Of a DNA stretch of 64,000 bases, positions 11,225 through 21,600 are shown in pieces. The number at the start of each line of letters is the position of its first letter. Position 1 is the stretch's first letter. Position numbers and translations under genes: made by a program. The notes beneath the pieces were generated by a model. It saw only the letters and a list, made by a program, of their open reading frames with translations. It was not told the origin of the DNA and did no database searches. Origin of the DNA: Myxococcota bacterium (GTDB lineage Bacteria; Myxococcota_A; Polyangia; Polyangiales; Sandaracinaceae); NCBI GenBank assembly GCA_036149055.1, contig JAYZQJ010000038.1, positions 1 to 64,000 of the forward strand. The letters run 5' to 3'.

Positions 11225-12241
11225 ATGTCCGACGAGAACCTCCAGGTCCGCCTGGCGTCCCGACCGAAGGGCGCCCCCACCGAGGACGACTTCGAGCTCC
11301 GCCGCGAGCCGAAGCCCACGCCCGGCGACGGTGAGCTGCTGCTCCGCACCCGCTGGCTGTCGCTCGACCCCTACATGCGGGGGCGCATGAGCGACGCGCC
11401 GTCGTACGCCGCGCCCGTCCCGGTGGGCGGGGTGATGGTCGGCGGCACCGTCGCGGTGGTGGAGGAGAGCCGTCACCCGGACTTCGAGGCCGGCGACCAC
11501 GTGCTCTCGATGAGCGGCTGGCAGCGCTACGCCCTCTCGGACGGCGTCGGGCTGCGCAAGCTGGAGCTGCCGGAGGCGCGCCTCTCGCTCGCGCTGGGCG
11601 CGCTCGGCATGCCGGGCTTCACCGCCTGGTGGGGGCTGAACCGGATCGGCGAGCCGAAGGAGGGCGAGACCCTGGTGGTGGCCGCGGCGACCGGCCCGGT
11701 CGGCTCCATGGTCGGTCAGCTCGCCAAGCGCGCCGGGCTGCGTACGGTCGGCGTGGCCGGCGGCCCGGACAAGTGCCGCTTCGCGACCGAGACGCTCGGC
11801 TTCGACGTCTGCCTCGACCACCGCGACGCCGGCTTCGCCGAGGCGCTCGCGAAGGCCTGCCCGGACGGCATCGACGTCTACTTCGAGAACGTCGGCGGCA
11901 AGGTGCTCGCGGGCGTGCTGCCCCTCCTGAACGAGCACGCGCGGGTCCCGCTCTGCGGCCTGGTGGCGCACTACAACGCGACCTCGCTCCCCGAGGGGCC
12001 GGACCGCACGCCGATGCTGCTCGGCCTCCTGCTCCGCCGGAAGATCCGGCTCCAGGGCTTCATCATCGCCGACCACTTCGACGAATTCGGCGCGTTCCTG
12101 AAGGACGTGGCGCCGGCCGTGCTGAGCGGCGAGATCACCGTGCGCGAGGACGTCACCGAGGGGCTCGAGAGCGCGCCGAAGGCGTTCATCGGCATGCTCT
12201 CCGGGCAGAACTTCGGAAAGCTGGTCGTTCAGGTCTCCTGA
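11225..12241 (+). CDS. NADP-dependent oxidoreductase (MDR, CurA/prostaglandin reductase-like)
   Basis: LSLDPYMRGRM, LGMPGFTA, AAATGPVGS, YFENVGG and GQNFGKLVV. Confidence 0.93.
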   Translation: MSDENLQVRLASRPKGAPTEDDFELRREPKPTPGDGELLLRTRWLSLDPYMRGRMSDAPSYAAPVPVGGVMVGGTVAVVEESRHPDFEAGDHVLSMSGWQRYALSDGVGLRKLELPEARLSLALGALGMPGFTAWWGLNRIGEPKEGETLVVAAATGPVGSMVGQLAKRAGLRTVGVAGGPDKCRFATETLGFDVCLDHRDAGFAEALAKACPDGIDVYFENVGGKVLAGVLPLLNEHARVPLCGLVAHYNATSLPEGPDRTPMLLGLLLRRKIRLQGFIIADHFDEFGAFLKDVAPAVLSGEITVREDVTEGLESAPKAFIGMLSGQNFGKLVVQVS

Positions 12242-12389
12242 CCACTCGAGTGGGCGATCCGCGCGGGCGGCGTCCAGGATCGGTTCGGGGGCGCGTCGTC
12301 TCGTCGCGCTTCGTGAGCGGCGTCGACGCCCTCGGTCCCCGGTTCGCCGCGGATGCGCGCTGGTCGCCTTCTTGCGATCCTCGCGTCGC

Positions 12390-15362
12390 ATGGCGCGTCG
12401 CAGTGGGTCGTGGGTCTTCGCTCTCCTCATCGTGGCCTGCGCGGGCGAAGGGGTGATGGAGCGACCCGACCCGCCGGCGCCGGACGGCGGAGCGCCGACG
12501 GGGGGCGACGCGTCCAGCCCCGACGTGCTCGACCCCGCGCTCGAGGAGGGCGCGGGCCCGTCGGGGTGCGCGGAGTCGCTGTGCGGCGCCGACCGGACGG
12601 AGCTGCCGACGGGCACGGTGCGCCGCCGGAGCGCGCCCGAGACGGTGGTGCCGGAGCCGCCCCGGATCGAGCGGATCCTGCGGCAGTCCGAGCTGGCCAA
12701 CCCCGGGTGCCTCTCCGACTGCCCGGCGGGGGCGGGAGAGGGCCACGCCTGCTCGCGGGACTGCGAGGGGCGGGTCATCCAGCCGTCGCTGCCCGCGTTC
12801 CGGACCACCACCGATGGCCGGGTGGCGCTCACCGGCGGGGGCCGCGCGGCGGTCAGCGCGTCCCGGCTCGACGGGCGCAACGCGCGCCCCCTCGTCGAGC
12901 GCGGGCTGAGCCTCCATCAGCAGGCGTTCTCCCGCGAGCTGGACATCGACGCGTCGGGGGCCCGCGTGCCCCCCGGGCGGCTGAGGCGCTCCGGCTCGCC
13001 GGACCGCTTCTTCTGCGGCGTGGACCAGGCGCCCCGCGCTTGCGGCGACGACGACTGCTACGACGTGGTGCTCGTCGAGGACTGGCAGGGGAGCGGCGAC
13101 GCGGAGTGCCCGAACGGCTGGCGCGTCTGCGGTCGCTTCGCCGCCGCGCCGGTCCGCATCCGCGTCCGCGATCCGAAGACCGCCGACGCGGTGGTGGTCG
13201 AGGCGCGCACGACCGGTGACTGGACGGCGTCGGCGCCGTACCCCGCGCACACCGCCGAGCCGATCGCGACCGCCGACGGACGGCTGGTGGTCTTCCGTCT
13301 GCTCGGGGGTCACCCGCTGCCCCGCGGCGTCGGCATGACCTACGACTTCGTGCGAGACGACGGCTCGGTGCACCGCGGCGGTCGCTACAGCCTCAGCTAC
13401 GTCTACAGCGACGACCCGTGCGACGTGCGCGCCTGGTTCTCGACCACCGCCGACGGCGCGTTCCGCAACCTCCGCCCGCTCTCGGCGGCGCACTACGACC
13501 GGCGCCTCTCGCGCTACGGCTTCGCCGCCTATCCCCTGCGGGACGCCTACGGCGAGCCCTTCGCGGAGGGCGACCTCGTGCGCGGCTCCTACCCGTGGAT
13601 GGACCGGCACGGCAACAACGTCTTCTTCTCGACCATCCTGCCGGTGGGGATCCGTGACGAGACCGGAGAGAGCCGCTTCCCGATGGGCATCGAGCACCCG
13701 CGCCTCGGGCGGCCGACCAGCCGCTCGCCCCGCGGGTTCGCGGTCGCGGGGAGCTGGACGCACGGGAAGATCGTCATGCTCGACGGCGTGCTCAACAACG
13801 AGGACTACGGCATCGACGCCGGGGACACCCGGCGCTTCGGCCTCTACCGGAGCGCGGCCGGCACGGCGGTGAGCGCGCGCGTCGACGGCAACTCCAACAA
13901 CCGCGCCTTCGGGACGCCGGGGACGCGCGGCAACACCCAGCACATGGAGTCGCTCGAGAACACCCACGCCATGCACGCCGGCATGGCCCCGGTGACGCCG
14001 CGCGACGTCGTCTGGACCCTCGCGCGGGGTGACGTGCTCGAGGAGGTCGTCTTCGACGACATGGTCGATCCGCACGTGGTCCTCTTCGCGCCGATGAACG
14101 CCGCGTGGCGCATGGGCCGGACGCTCGGCGGCGGCGAGCAGGCGTTCGGCGCGCGGCGCGGCGGCTACCGCGACGGCTTCCGCCAGGAGGGCGGCGTCTT
14201 CGTGCACGACCCGAGCGAGATCGAGCTGCAGAACGCGGCCACGAGCCCGGTCCTCCCGGTCGCTCGCCGCGGCGTGGTGCGCGGGGAGGCGCGCGTGGAG
14301 CCGGTCGCGCAGGGGGGCGTGCACGGGCGAGGGCTCTGGCTCGAGCCCGAGGCGTCGGCGCGCTTCGACTTCCCGGACGACGAGGTCTTCCCGGACCGCG
14401 CCTTCTACCTCTCGACCTTCTTCGACGCGCGCGCCTCGCTCGCCGGAGGGCGTCGTCTGATGGCCCTGCGTACCGGTGAGTCCACGGTGCACGTCGTCGT
14501 GCACCCGGGCGGCGTGTCGGTGCACCGCGGCGATCGGATCGCGAGCCTCCCGGTGGGCGTCGACCATCCGTGGCGCCGCGACGGATGGCATCACGTGGGC
14601 GCGCTCTTCGAAGCCGGCGAGGTGACGATCCTGATCGACGGCGACCCGATCGGGCAGGCCGCGTTTCCCGCCGTCACGCTCGGCGCGGGGGCGCGCGTGA
14701 TCCTCGGCGGGGAGGGCGGCGGCTTCCCGGGCGCGCGCGGCTGGACGGACGAGCTGCGGCTGGTCGTGGCCGGCGCGCCCTCTCAGCTCGACGGGCCGAG
14801 CTCGGTCGAGCTCCTGTGCAACTACGCGCGCGGCACCATGGCCAGCCTCGGCCCCGCCTCGGACCGGTACGTCGACGCCGAGCGCAGCCCCGCGGTGCGC
14901 GCGCGGGCGGCCGCGGCCGGCATGCTCCTGCCGACCGAGCGTCGCCTCCGCTGCGTCACCGACTACTCGCGGGACCTGTCGGTCAGCGTGCGCCTGCCGG
15001 AGGGCGAGCGCTCGCTGCGCGAGGAGCTGCTCGAGCGGCTCGCGGGGGACGCGACGCTGCGCCGCGGATCGCCCCGGCCCGACACCCGCGGCAACGCCTT
15101 CTGCGCGAGCTGCCACGTGGCGTCCGACCCGCTGAGGCCCGCCGGTCTCGCCCTCGACGCGCTGGCGGCGGGCGACGTGCCGGTGGAGCGAGACGCGCGC
15201 GCGCAGCCGGGTCAGCCCTACGCGCGGTGGTCACGGCCGCCGCTCGCCCACGGGTCGATCCCCGCCGGCTGGCTTCAGGGCAGCGGCGGTGCGCCGACGC
15301 CCTCGCGCGCCCTGTCGCTCGACGCGCCTCAGCCGATCCTCGAGTGGCTCTTGCCCGAGTGA
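12390..15362 (+). CDS. Large putative lipoprotein with LamG/ConA-like region and a C-terminal CxxCH
   Basis: Lipobox LIVA-C, Cys-rich N-terminus, DGWHHVGALF...ILIDG (LamG-like), FCASCH near the C-terminus; typical codon bias. Confidence 0.7.
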   Translation: MARRSGSWVFALLIVACAGEGVMERPDPPAPDGGAPTGGDASSPDVLDPALEEGAGPSGCAESLCGADRTELPTGTVRRRSAPETVVPEPPRIERILRQSELANPGCLSDCPAGAGEGHACSRDCEGRVIQPSLPAFRTTTDGRVALTGGGRAAVSASRLDGRNARPLVERGLSLHQQAFSRELDIDASGARVPPGRLRRSGSPDRFFCGVDQAPRACGDDDCYDVVLVEDWQGSGDAECPNGWRVCGRFAAAPVRIRVRDPKTADAVVVEARTTGDWTASAPYPAHTAEPIATADGRLVVFRLLGGHPLPRGVGMTYDFVRDDGSVHRGGRYSLSYVYSDDPCDVRAWFSTTADGAFRNLRPLSAAHYDRRLSRYGFAAYPLRDAYGEPFAEGDLVRGSYPWMDRHGNNVFFSTILPVGIRDETGESRFPMGIEHPRLGRPTSRSPRGFAVAGSWTHGKIVMLDGVLNNEDYGIDAGDTRRFGLYRSAAGTAVSARVDGNSNNRAFGTPGTRGNTQHMESLENTHAMHAGMAPVTPRDVVWTLARGDVLEEVVFDDMVDPHVVLFAPMNAAWRMGRTLGGGEQAFGARRGGYRDGFRQEGGVFVHDPSEIELQNAATSPVLPVARRGVVRGEARVEPVAQGGVHGRGLWLEPEASARFDFPDDEVFPDRAFYLSTFFDARASLAGGRRLMALRTGESTVHVVVHPGGVSVHRGDRIASLPVGVDHPWRRDGWHHVGALFEAGEVTILIDGDPIGQAAFPAVTLGAGARVILGGEGGGFPGARGWTDELRLVVAGAPSQLDGPSSVELLCNYARGTMASLGPASDRYVDAERSPAVRARAAAAGMLLPTERRLRCVTDYSRDLSVSVRLPEGERSLREELLERLAGDATLRRGSPRPDTRGNAFCASCHVASDPLRPAGLALDALAAGDVPVERDARAQPGQPYARWSRPPLAHGSIPAGWLQGSGGAPTPSRALSLDAPQPILEWLLPE

Positions 15363-18300
15363 CTCCGCCGCCGCGCCGCGAAGAGGAGGCCGAGGAGCGC
15401 GAGGAGCCAGCCGGCCCCGGGACCGCTCTCGCCGGCCGCGCGGCATCCGCAGCCGCCCTCCGCGGGAGGCGTGGTGCCGCCGTCGGGGGTCGGCGTGGTG
15501 CCCGCGTCGCCGCTGGGCGGAGGGCCGCCGTCGGGGGTCGGCGGGGCCGGGAAGCGGACCACCGCGCCGTCGCTCACGCCGTCGACCGAGGGGCCGTCCG
15601 CCGACCACGCGCGCACGCCGACGTGGTAGCGCCGGCCGTTCTCGAGCGGGAGCTCGGAGAGCGTCGCCTCCGTGTCGGTGCCCACGTCGCGCCAGCGCTC
15701 GGCGAGCAGCGGGGCGCCGCCCTCGTCGAAGACGCCGACCTCGTAGCGGAGCGCGCCGTCGACCGCGCCCCAGCGCGCGATCCAGGTGTCCTCGGTGGTG
15801 ACGAAGTCGGCGTCGGTGGTCGACGCGGGCGAGGCCGGATCGACGTCGATCACGTCGGCCGGGGTGGGCGCGTGCCGCTGCGCGATGCCGTAGAGGAAGC
15901 CGTCGGCGACCGACACGAGGATCTCGTCGAGGCCGTCGCGATCGGTGTCGGCGAAGCTCGCCTGGCCCACCGCCACCCCGAAGTCGAGGGCGTGCACGAG
16001 CGCGCCGTCGCAGGGGCTCACCCAGTAGAGGAAGCCGTCGGTCGAGCCCACGAGCGCCGTCGGCGCGCCGTCCCCGGCGAGGTCCTCGTGGGCGACGACG
16101 CTGGTCAGCTGTCCGGCGAAGGCGCCGGCCGCGTCGAGCTCCGCGCGCGAGGCGTGGCGCGCGCCGCCGCCGAGGTGCAGCGTCGACTCGGTGCCGCGGG
16201 CCGCGCCGCGCAGATCCGTCAGCTTGAGGCGCGCCGGGTGCTGCCACGAGCCGCTCACCAGCACCGCGCGGTTGCCCGGGCACTCGACCACGCTCGCGTA
16301 GGGGTAGGGGCGGTCGTCGTCGGCGCTCTGCCAGAGGATCGCGCTCAGGTCGTCCTCGACGATCCGGATCGGCGCGAAGCCGGCGTGCAAGATCACCTCG
16401 TCGCGCGGATCGTCGTCCACGTCGTAGAGGGTCGGCAGGAAGTAGGAGACGCCGCCCACCGACGCGAGCTCGGCGCCGGTCGCCCCGGAGACCACGCGGG
16501 TCGCGCCGCCCTGCCAGTAGACGTCGTCGCGATCGTCGCCGTCGAACCGGCCCACGGCGAGCCCCGACGGCTGGCGACCCGAGCCGGTCTCGATCGGCGT
16601 CGCGTCCCAGATCGTCGCTCCGTCCGCGCCCGAGACGCCGCGGATGCGGGTGAGGCTGTTCGAGGGCTCCCCCCACAGGAACACGAGGTCCGGCACCGCG
16701 TCGTCGTCGAGGCGCGCGGGCACGAGATCGAGGATCGGCGCGTTGGGCGCGGGGGCCCGCCAGCGCTCGGCGCCGTCCGGGGTGATCACCGCGAGGTCCG
16801 TCTCACCGCCCGGCGCGCCCGGCGTCCGCTCGGTCAGGCAGGCGATCGCCCGGGAGCCGTCGACCAGACCGTCGACGATGCTCGGCGCGGTGGTGAAGAG
16901 CCGCTCCCATGCCCGCCGCGGCGGGGACGCCCAGCTCGCCTCCGAGGCGTCGAGCCGGACGAGGGCGCCGCGCGCGTCGGCCACCACGATGGCCTCGGGC
17001 GCGCCGGCCTCGAGCGCGGCGCTGAGCGGCCCGCGCCGGAGATCCCGCCAGGCCCCGGACGCGTAGTAGCCGCCGGTCCGGAGCCGGGCGACGTCGAACT
17101 CCCCGCCCGCGACCGCCGGCTGGAGGTCCGGGTCGTGGATCACCATGAAGCCGTCGCTGTAGGACATCGCGAGGATCGCGTTCGACGAGGTGACCGGCGG
17201 GATGACGAAGGCCGACTGCGCGCTCGTGCCGGCGGCGATCGGGTAGCTCGCCAGCTCGGTCAGCGCGCCGCCCTCGACCGCGTGCGCCACCAGCCGGCTG
17301 GCCGCTCCGGCGCGGCTCACCGTGAGCAGGTCCTGGTCGCCGTCCATGTCGAGGTCGAGGGTCACCATGAAGTCCGGGCGCGCCTGGAGCGACGCCCGCG
17401 CGAGGTCGCGCCCCTCGAACGCGTCGTGGCCGCCGAGCGACCAGGTCGGCGTCACCGCCGCGCCGTCGAAGGTCCAGCCCGAGAGGGCGGCGTCGGACCG
17501 GGTCACGAGCTGCCGCCCCGTGCCCTCCGCCACGTGACCCACCGCGATCGCGTCCGGCACCGTCGCCCGGACCGCGCCGCTCGCCGCGTCGAAGATCCGC
17601 GTCTCCCAGGCGCCCGCGTCGAAGACCGACACGACGAGCTCGAGGGCGCCGTCGCCGTCGAGGTCCACCACCGGATCCGCCACGCGCAGGCTGCCGGTGT
17701 CGTCGGGCGCGAGCACGCTCGACCAGAGGATCGACAGGCCGGCGCCGCCGTCGCTGTCGAGCGCGGTCACCCGCCAGCGATCGGTCACCGAGCTGTTGTT
17801 GTCGAGCCGGACGCAGAGCAGCTCCTCGGCCGGGTCGGCGTCGAGCGCGGCGGGGTAGCAGAAGTTCCAGTACGCGCGGATGCCGACGTCGCCGCTCTCG
17901 GCCACCATCGCTCCGGTCGCCGGGCTCCAGATCCGGAGCGTCCGCTCGGTGGGGATCACGACCTCGGGCGGGCCGCTGCCGTCGATGTCGACGACGGTGA
18001 TCGCGCGGCTGAAGCCGCAGTGCACGTTCGGCAGCTCCCACAGCCGCCGCGCGCTCCCGAACCCGCCCCCGAAGGTGTAGATCGCGCCGGGGTAGCCGCT
18101 GTTCACCCCGCAGCAGCCGCACTCGGCCACGAGCAGGTCCATCGCGCCGTCGCCGTCGAAGTCGGCGACCCGGGTGCCCCCGAGCGTGCCGAGCTCACCG
18201 GCCGGCTCGGCCCACAGCTCCGCGCCGGTCCGCGGGTCGAGCACGAACACCCGGTCGCTCGAGCTGACGGCGAGATCCTCCGCCCCGTCGCCGTCGAAGT

Positions 18301-18625
18301 CGGCCAGGCCGACGACCCCGGTGAAGCCGCGCGGGGCGCTGCTCCAGAGATCGCCGTCGGTCACCGTGCGCGCCACCACGCGACCGCCGGTCACCATGAT
18401 CACGTCGACGCTGCCGTCGGCGTTCACGTCGAACGGCACCATCGCCGACGCCCCGAGCGAGCCGCCCAGGTAGTAGCGATAGTAGGCCGCGGGGTCGCCG
18501 ATGTCGCTCGCCCCGCGGGCGGCCCCGGTCCTGGAGACGTCGTGCCGCTGCAGGGGCCAGTCGGCGCGCGAGACGCCGGGAGAGAGCAGCGACAGAAGAG
18601 AAATGAAAGCCAACCCGATCCGCAT
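15329..18625 (-). CDS. Secreted FG-GAP/VCBS beta-propeller protein with FN3-like domain and MYXO-CTERM anchor
   Basis: Signal peptide, many D(F/L/V)DGDG..D/E repeats, Pro-rich linker, tail GGCGCRAAG...WLLALLGLLFAARRR. Confidence 0.85.
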   Translation of the reverse strand: MRIGLAFISLLSLLSPGVSRADWPLQRHDVSRTGAARGASDIGDPAAYYRYYLGGSLGASAMVPFDVNADGSVDVIMVTGGRVVARTVTDGDLWSSAPRGFTGVVGLADFDGDGAEDLAVSSSDRVFVLDPRTGAELWAEPAGELGTLGGTRVADFDGDGAMDLLVAECGCCGVNSGYPGAIYTFGGGFGSARRLWELPNVHCGFSRAITVVDIDGSGPPEVVIPTERTLRIWSPATGAMVAESGDVGIRAYWNFCYPAALDADPAEELLCVRLDNNSSVTDRWRVTALDSDGGAGLSILWSSVLAPDDTGSLRVADPVVDLDGDGALELVVSVFDAGAWETRIFDAASGAVRATVPDAIAVGHVAEGTGRQLVTRSDAALSGWTFDGAAVTPTWSLGGHDAFEGRDLARASLQARPDFMVTLDLDMDGDQDLLTVSRAGAASRLVAHAVEGGALTELASYPIAAGTSAQSAFVIPPVTSSNAILAMSYSDGFMVIHDPDLQPAVAGGEFDVARLRTGGYYASGAWRDLRRGPLSAALEAGAPEAIVVADARGALVRLDASEASWASPPRRAWERLFTTAPSIVDGLVDGSRAIACLTERTPGAPGGETDLAVITPDGAERWRAPAPNAPILDLVPARLDDDAVPDLVFLWGEPSNSLTRIRGVSGADGATIWDATPIETGSGRQPSGLAVGRFDGDDRDDVYWQGGATRVVSGATGAELASVGGVSYFLPTLYDVDDDPRDEVILHAGFAPIRIVEDDLSAILWQSADDDRPYPYASVVECPGNRAVLVSGSWQHPARLKLTDLRGAARGTESTLHLGGGARHASRAELDAAGAFAGQLTSVVAHEDLAGDGAPTALVGSTDGFLYWVSPCDGALVHALDFGVAVGQASFADTDRDGLDEILVSVADGFLYGIAQRHAPTPADVIDVDPASPASTTDADFVTTEDTWIARWGAVDGALRYEVGVFDEGGAPLLAERWRDVGTDTEATLSELPLENGRRYHVGVRAWSADGPSVDGVSDGAVVRFPAPPTPDGGPPPSGDAGTTPTPDGGTTPPAEGGCGCRAAGESGPGAGWLLALLGLLFAARRRSHSGKSHSRIG

Positions 18626-18644
18626 CGGGCCAAGATACCAGCGA

Positions 18645-21600
18645 TCAGCCCTCGGGCAGGAACGGTCGGAGCCGGGCGGCGAGGGTGTCGACGTGAGGCG
18701 GGTGCATCATGCCGACGTGACGGCCGGGCACGTCGAGCACGCGCATGCGCGGCGCGTAGGGCCCGAGGCCGCCGTCGCGGGTGGCCACCCAGCCCTCTCC
18801 GAAGCTGCTCTCGGTGGCGCGGAAGAGGAGCACCTCGCCGTCGTACGTCTGCGGCTGATAGCGCCGCATCGCCGCCACGTAGGCCGCCTCGCGCACGCCG
18901 GCGACCGCCTCCTCGTGGGCCTCGCCGCGCGCCCGGCGCAGCACCCGGCGCGCCTCCTCGAGCGGCGCGCGCCGGATCGCGCGGAGGTGCGCCCGGGCCC
19001 ACTTCAGCGGGGCGCGTCGCAGCCCGCTCGGGATCACGGTGTCGAACATCGCGAGCAGCGAGACCTCCTCGCCGGCGGCCCGGAGCCGCTGCGCGATCTC
19101 GTAAGCGAGCACGCCGCCGAAGCTCAGCCCGGCGAGCGCGTAGGGGCCCCTCGGCTGCCGGCCGCGGATCACGTCGGTGTAGGCCTCCGCCATCGCCGAC
19201 ACCGAGAGCTCGGCCGCCCGGCCCTCGCGCGCCTCCCGCAGCACGTCCTCCTCCTGCGCGAGGTAGACGCCGTAGATCGGGCGATCGCCGGCGAGGCGCG
19301 ACGCGAGCGGGTGATAGACCTGCACCCCGCAGATGCAGAAGAGCGGCGTGCCCTCGCCGTGGGCCAGGGTGACCAGCTCGCAGGGCGCGCGGCCGTCTCC
19401 GCGCCGGAGCGTCTCGGCCAGCTTCTCCACCGTGCGCGCCTCGAAGAGCGCGCCGAGCGGCAGCTCCACCGAGAACGCCTTGCGCAGCCCGTCGACGATG
19501 CGCGCCGCCGCGAGCGAGTGGCCGCCCACCGCGAAGAAGTCGTCGGTCACCCCCACCCGCGGCAGCTCGAGCGCCTCCGCCCACACGCCGGCGATGACCG
19601 CCTCGGTGTCGTCGCGCGGATCGACCCGGCGCGCGCGGGCGGCGAGGGTCGCGGTGCCCTCGGCGGCGAGCGCCTTCCGATCGATCTTGCCGGTCGGCCC
19701 GAGGGGCAGTGAGGCGTGCGTGCTCCAGCGGCTCGGGACCATGTAGGCCGGCAGCCGATCCTTCGCGTGGGCGTCGAGCGCCTCCGGGTCCAGGCGCTCC
19801 CCGGACACGTGCGCGACCAGCGCCGCCCGCGCGCCCTCGCCCTCCAGCAGGACCGCCGCGTCCTCGACCGAGGGATGCGCTCGGAGCGCCGCCTCGATCT
19901 CGCCGAGCTCCACCCGGAACCCGCGGATCTTGATCTGTCCGTCGGCGCGGCCGAGGCACTCGAGCGTTCCGTCGGGGAGCCAGCGGCCCTGATCGCCCGA
20001 GCGGTACATCGGCGCCTCGGGGTCGACGACGTCGCGCACGAACACCGACGCGCTCCGCTCGGGCTGACCGCGGTAGCCGCGACCCACGCCGGCGCCCGCG
20101 ACCGCGATCTCGCCCACCACGCCGAAGGGCGCGGGCCGCCCGCCGGGGCCGAGCACCCGCGCGGCGGCGTAGGGCACCGGTCGCCCGATCGGCATCGGCG
20201 AGCGCGGCACGTCCACCCGATGGGCCGTGCACCACACCGTCGACTCCGTCGGCCCGTAGACGTTCCAGAGGCTGCCGGTGCGGGCGATCAGCGCCTCGGC
20301 CAGATCGGTGGGCATCGGCTCGCCGCCGCACATCGCGGTCAGCGTCGGGTCGCCCTCCCAGCCCGCGCCGAGGAGGAGCCGCCAGGTCGGCGGGGTGGCC
20401 TGGATCAGGGTGACCCGGCCCGCCTCCACGCGCTCCCGCAGCCGGGCACCGTCGAGCCCCGTCTCCTCGTCGGCGAGCACGATCCGGGCGCCGACCATGA
20501 GCGGCCCGAAGAGCTCGAAGGTGGAGATGTCGAAGCCCGGCGTGGTGATCGCGAGCACCCGGTCGGACGGGCCGAGGCCCGGCACGTGCAGCATCGCGCG
20601 GAGGAACGCCGCCAGGTTGCCGTGCGTGATCTCGACGCCCTTCGGCCGGCCGGTGCTGCCGCTGGTGAAGAGCACGTAGGCGAGGTCGTCGGGCGCGGGG
20701 AGGGCGTCCGGAGGCGCGGCGTCCGCGACCTCTCGAACGTCGACGGTCGGCAGCGCGAGCGAGAGGCTGCCGTCGGTCAACAGCGCGGTCGGCGCCGCGT
20801 CCTCGATCACGCAGCGGGTGCGCGCCTCGGGGTGCTTCGGGTCGACTGGGACGTAGGCCGCGCCGGAGAGCAGCACGCCGAGCAACCCCGCCGGGAGCTC
20901 GGGCCCGCGCCGGAGGGCGACGAGGACCGCGTCGCCGCGATCCACCCCCGCGCGGCGCAGCGCCCGCGCGATCCCGCCGGCGCGCGCCAGGAGCTGCCCG
21001 TAGGTGACGGTGACGCCGTCGGCTTCGAGCGCGACGCGGTCGGGGTCCGCCGCGAGCACCTCGCGCAGGAAGCTGGGCTCGACGACCCGCGGCGCGGGCG
21101 CGGCGACCACCGCGCGCTCGGCCTCGGTCAGCAGATCCACGTCACCGGGGCGCGCGTCGGGGTCGCGCACCGCCGCGTCGACGAGGCGGAGGAGATGCTC
21201 GGGGACGCGCTCGGCGAGCTCGCCCTCGAAGACGTCGCGCGAGAGATCGAAGGCGAGCGTCTCGCGGCCTCCGTCGTCGTACACGGTCAGCGAGAACGCC
21301 TCGCCGCCGTCGGGCGCGCCCTCCGGCCAGCGCTCCGCCCAGGCGAGCCCCGGCGCGATCGAGCCGCGCACCGGGGAGCCGCCGAGCGGGGCGTAGGACA
21401 CGCGGTGCACGTTGAGCACCGCGTCGTAGGCCTTCGCGTGGCTCGGGTTCGAGATGCAGGCGCGCCCGTGGCGGAGCACGTCCTTCAGGTCTTCCCGCAC
21501 CCGCGCGGCGAGGGTGGCGAAGGTGTCGTCCTCGCGCACCTCGGCGAAGAGCGGGCTCTGCTCCATCACCATGCCCACCACCCGCCGGACGCGCCGGCTG

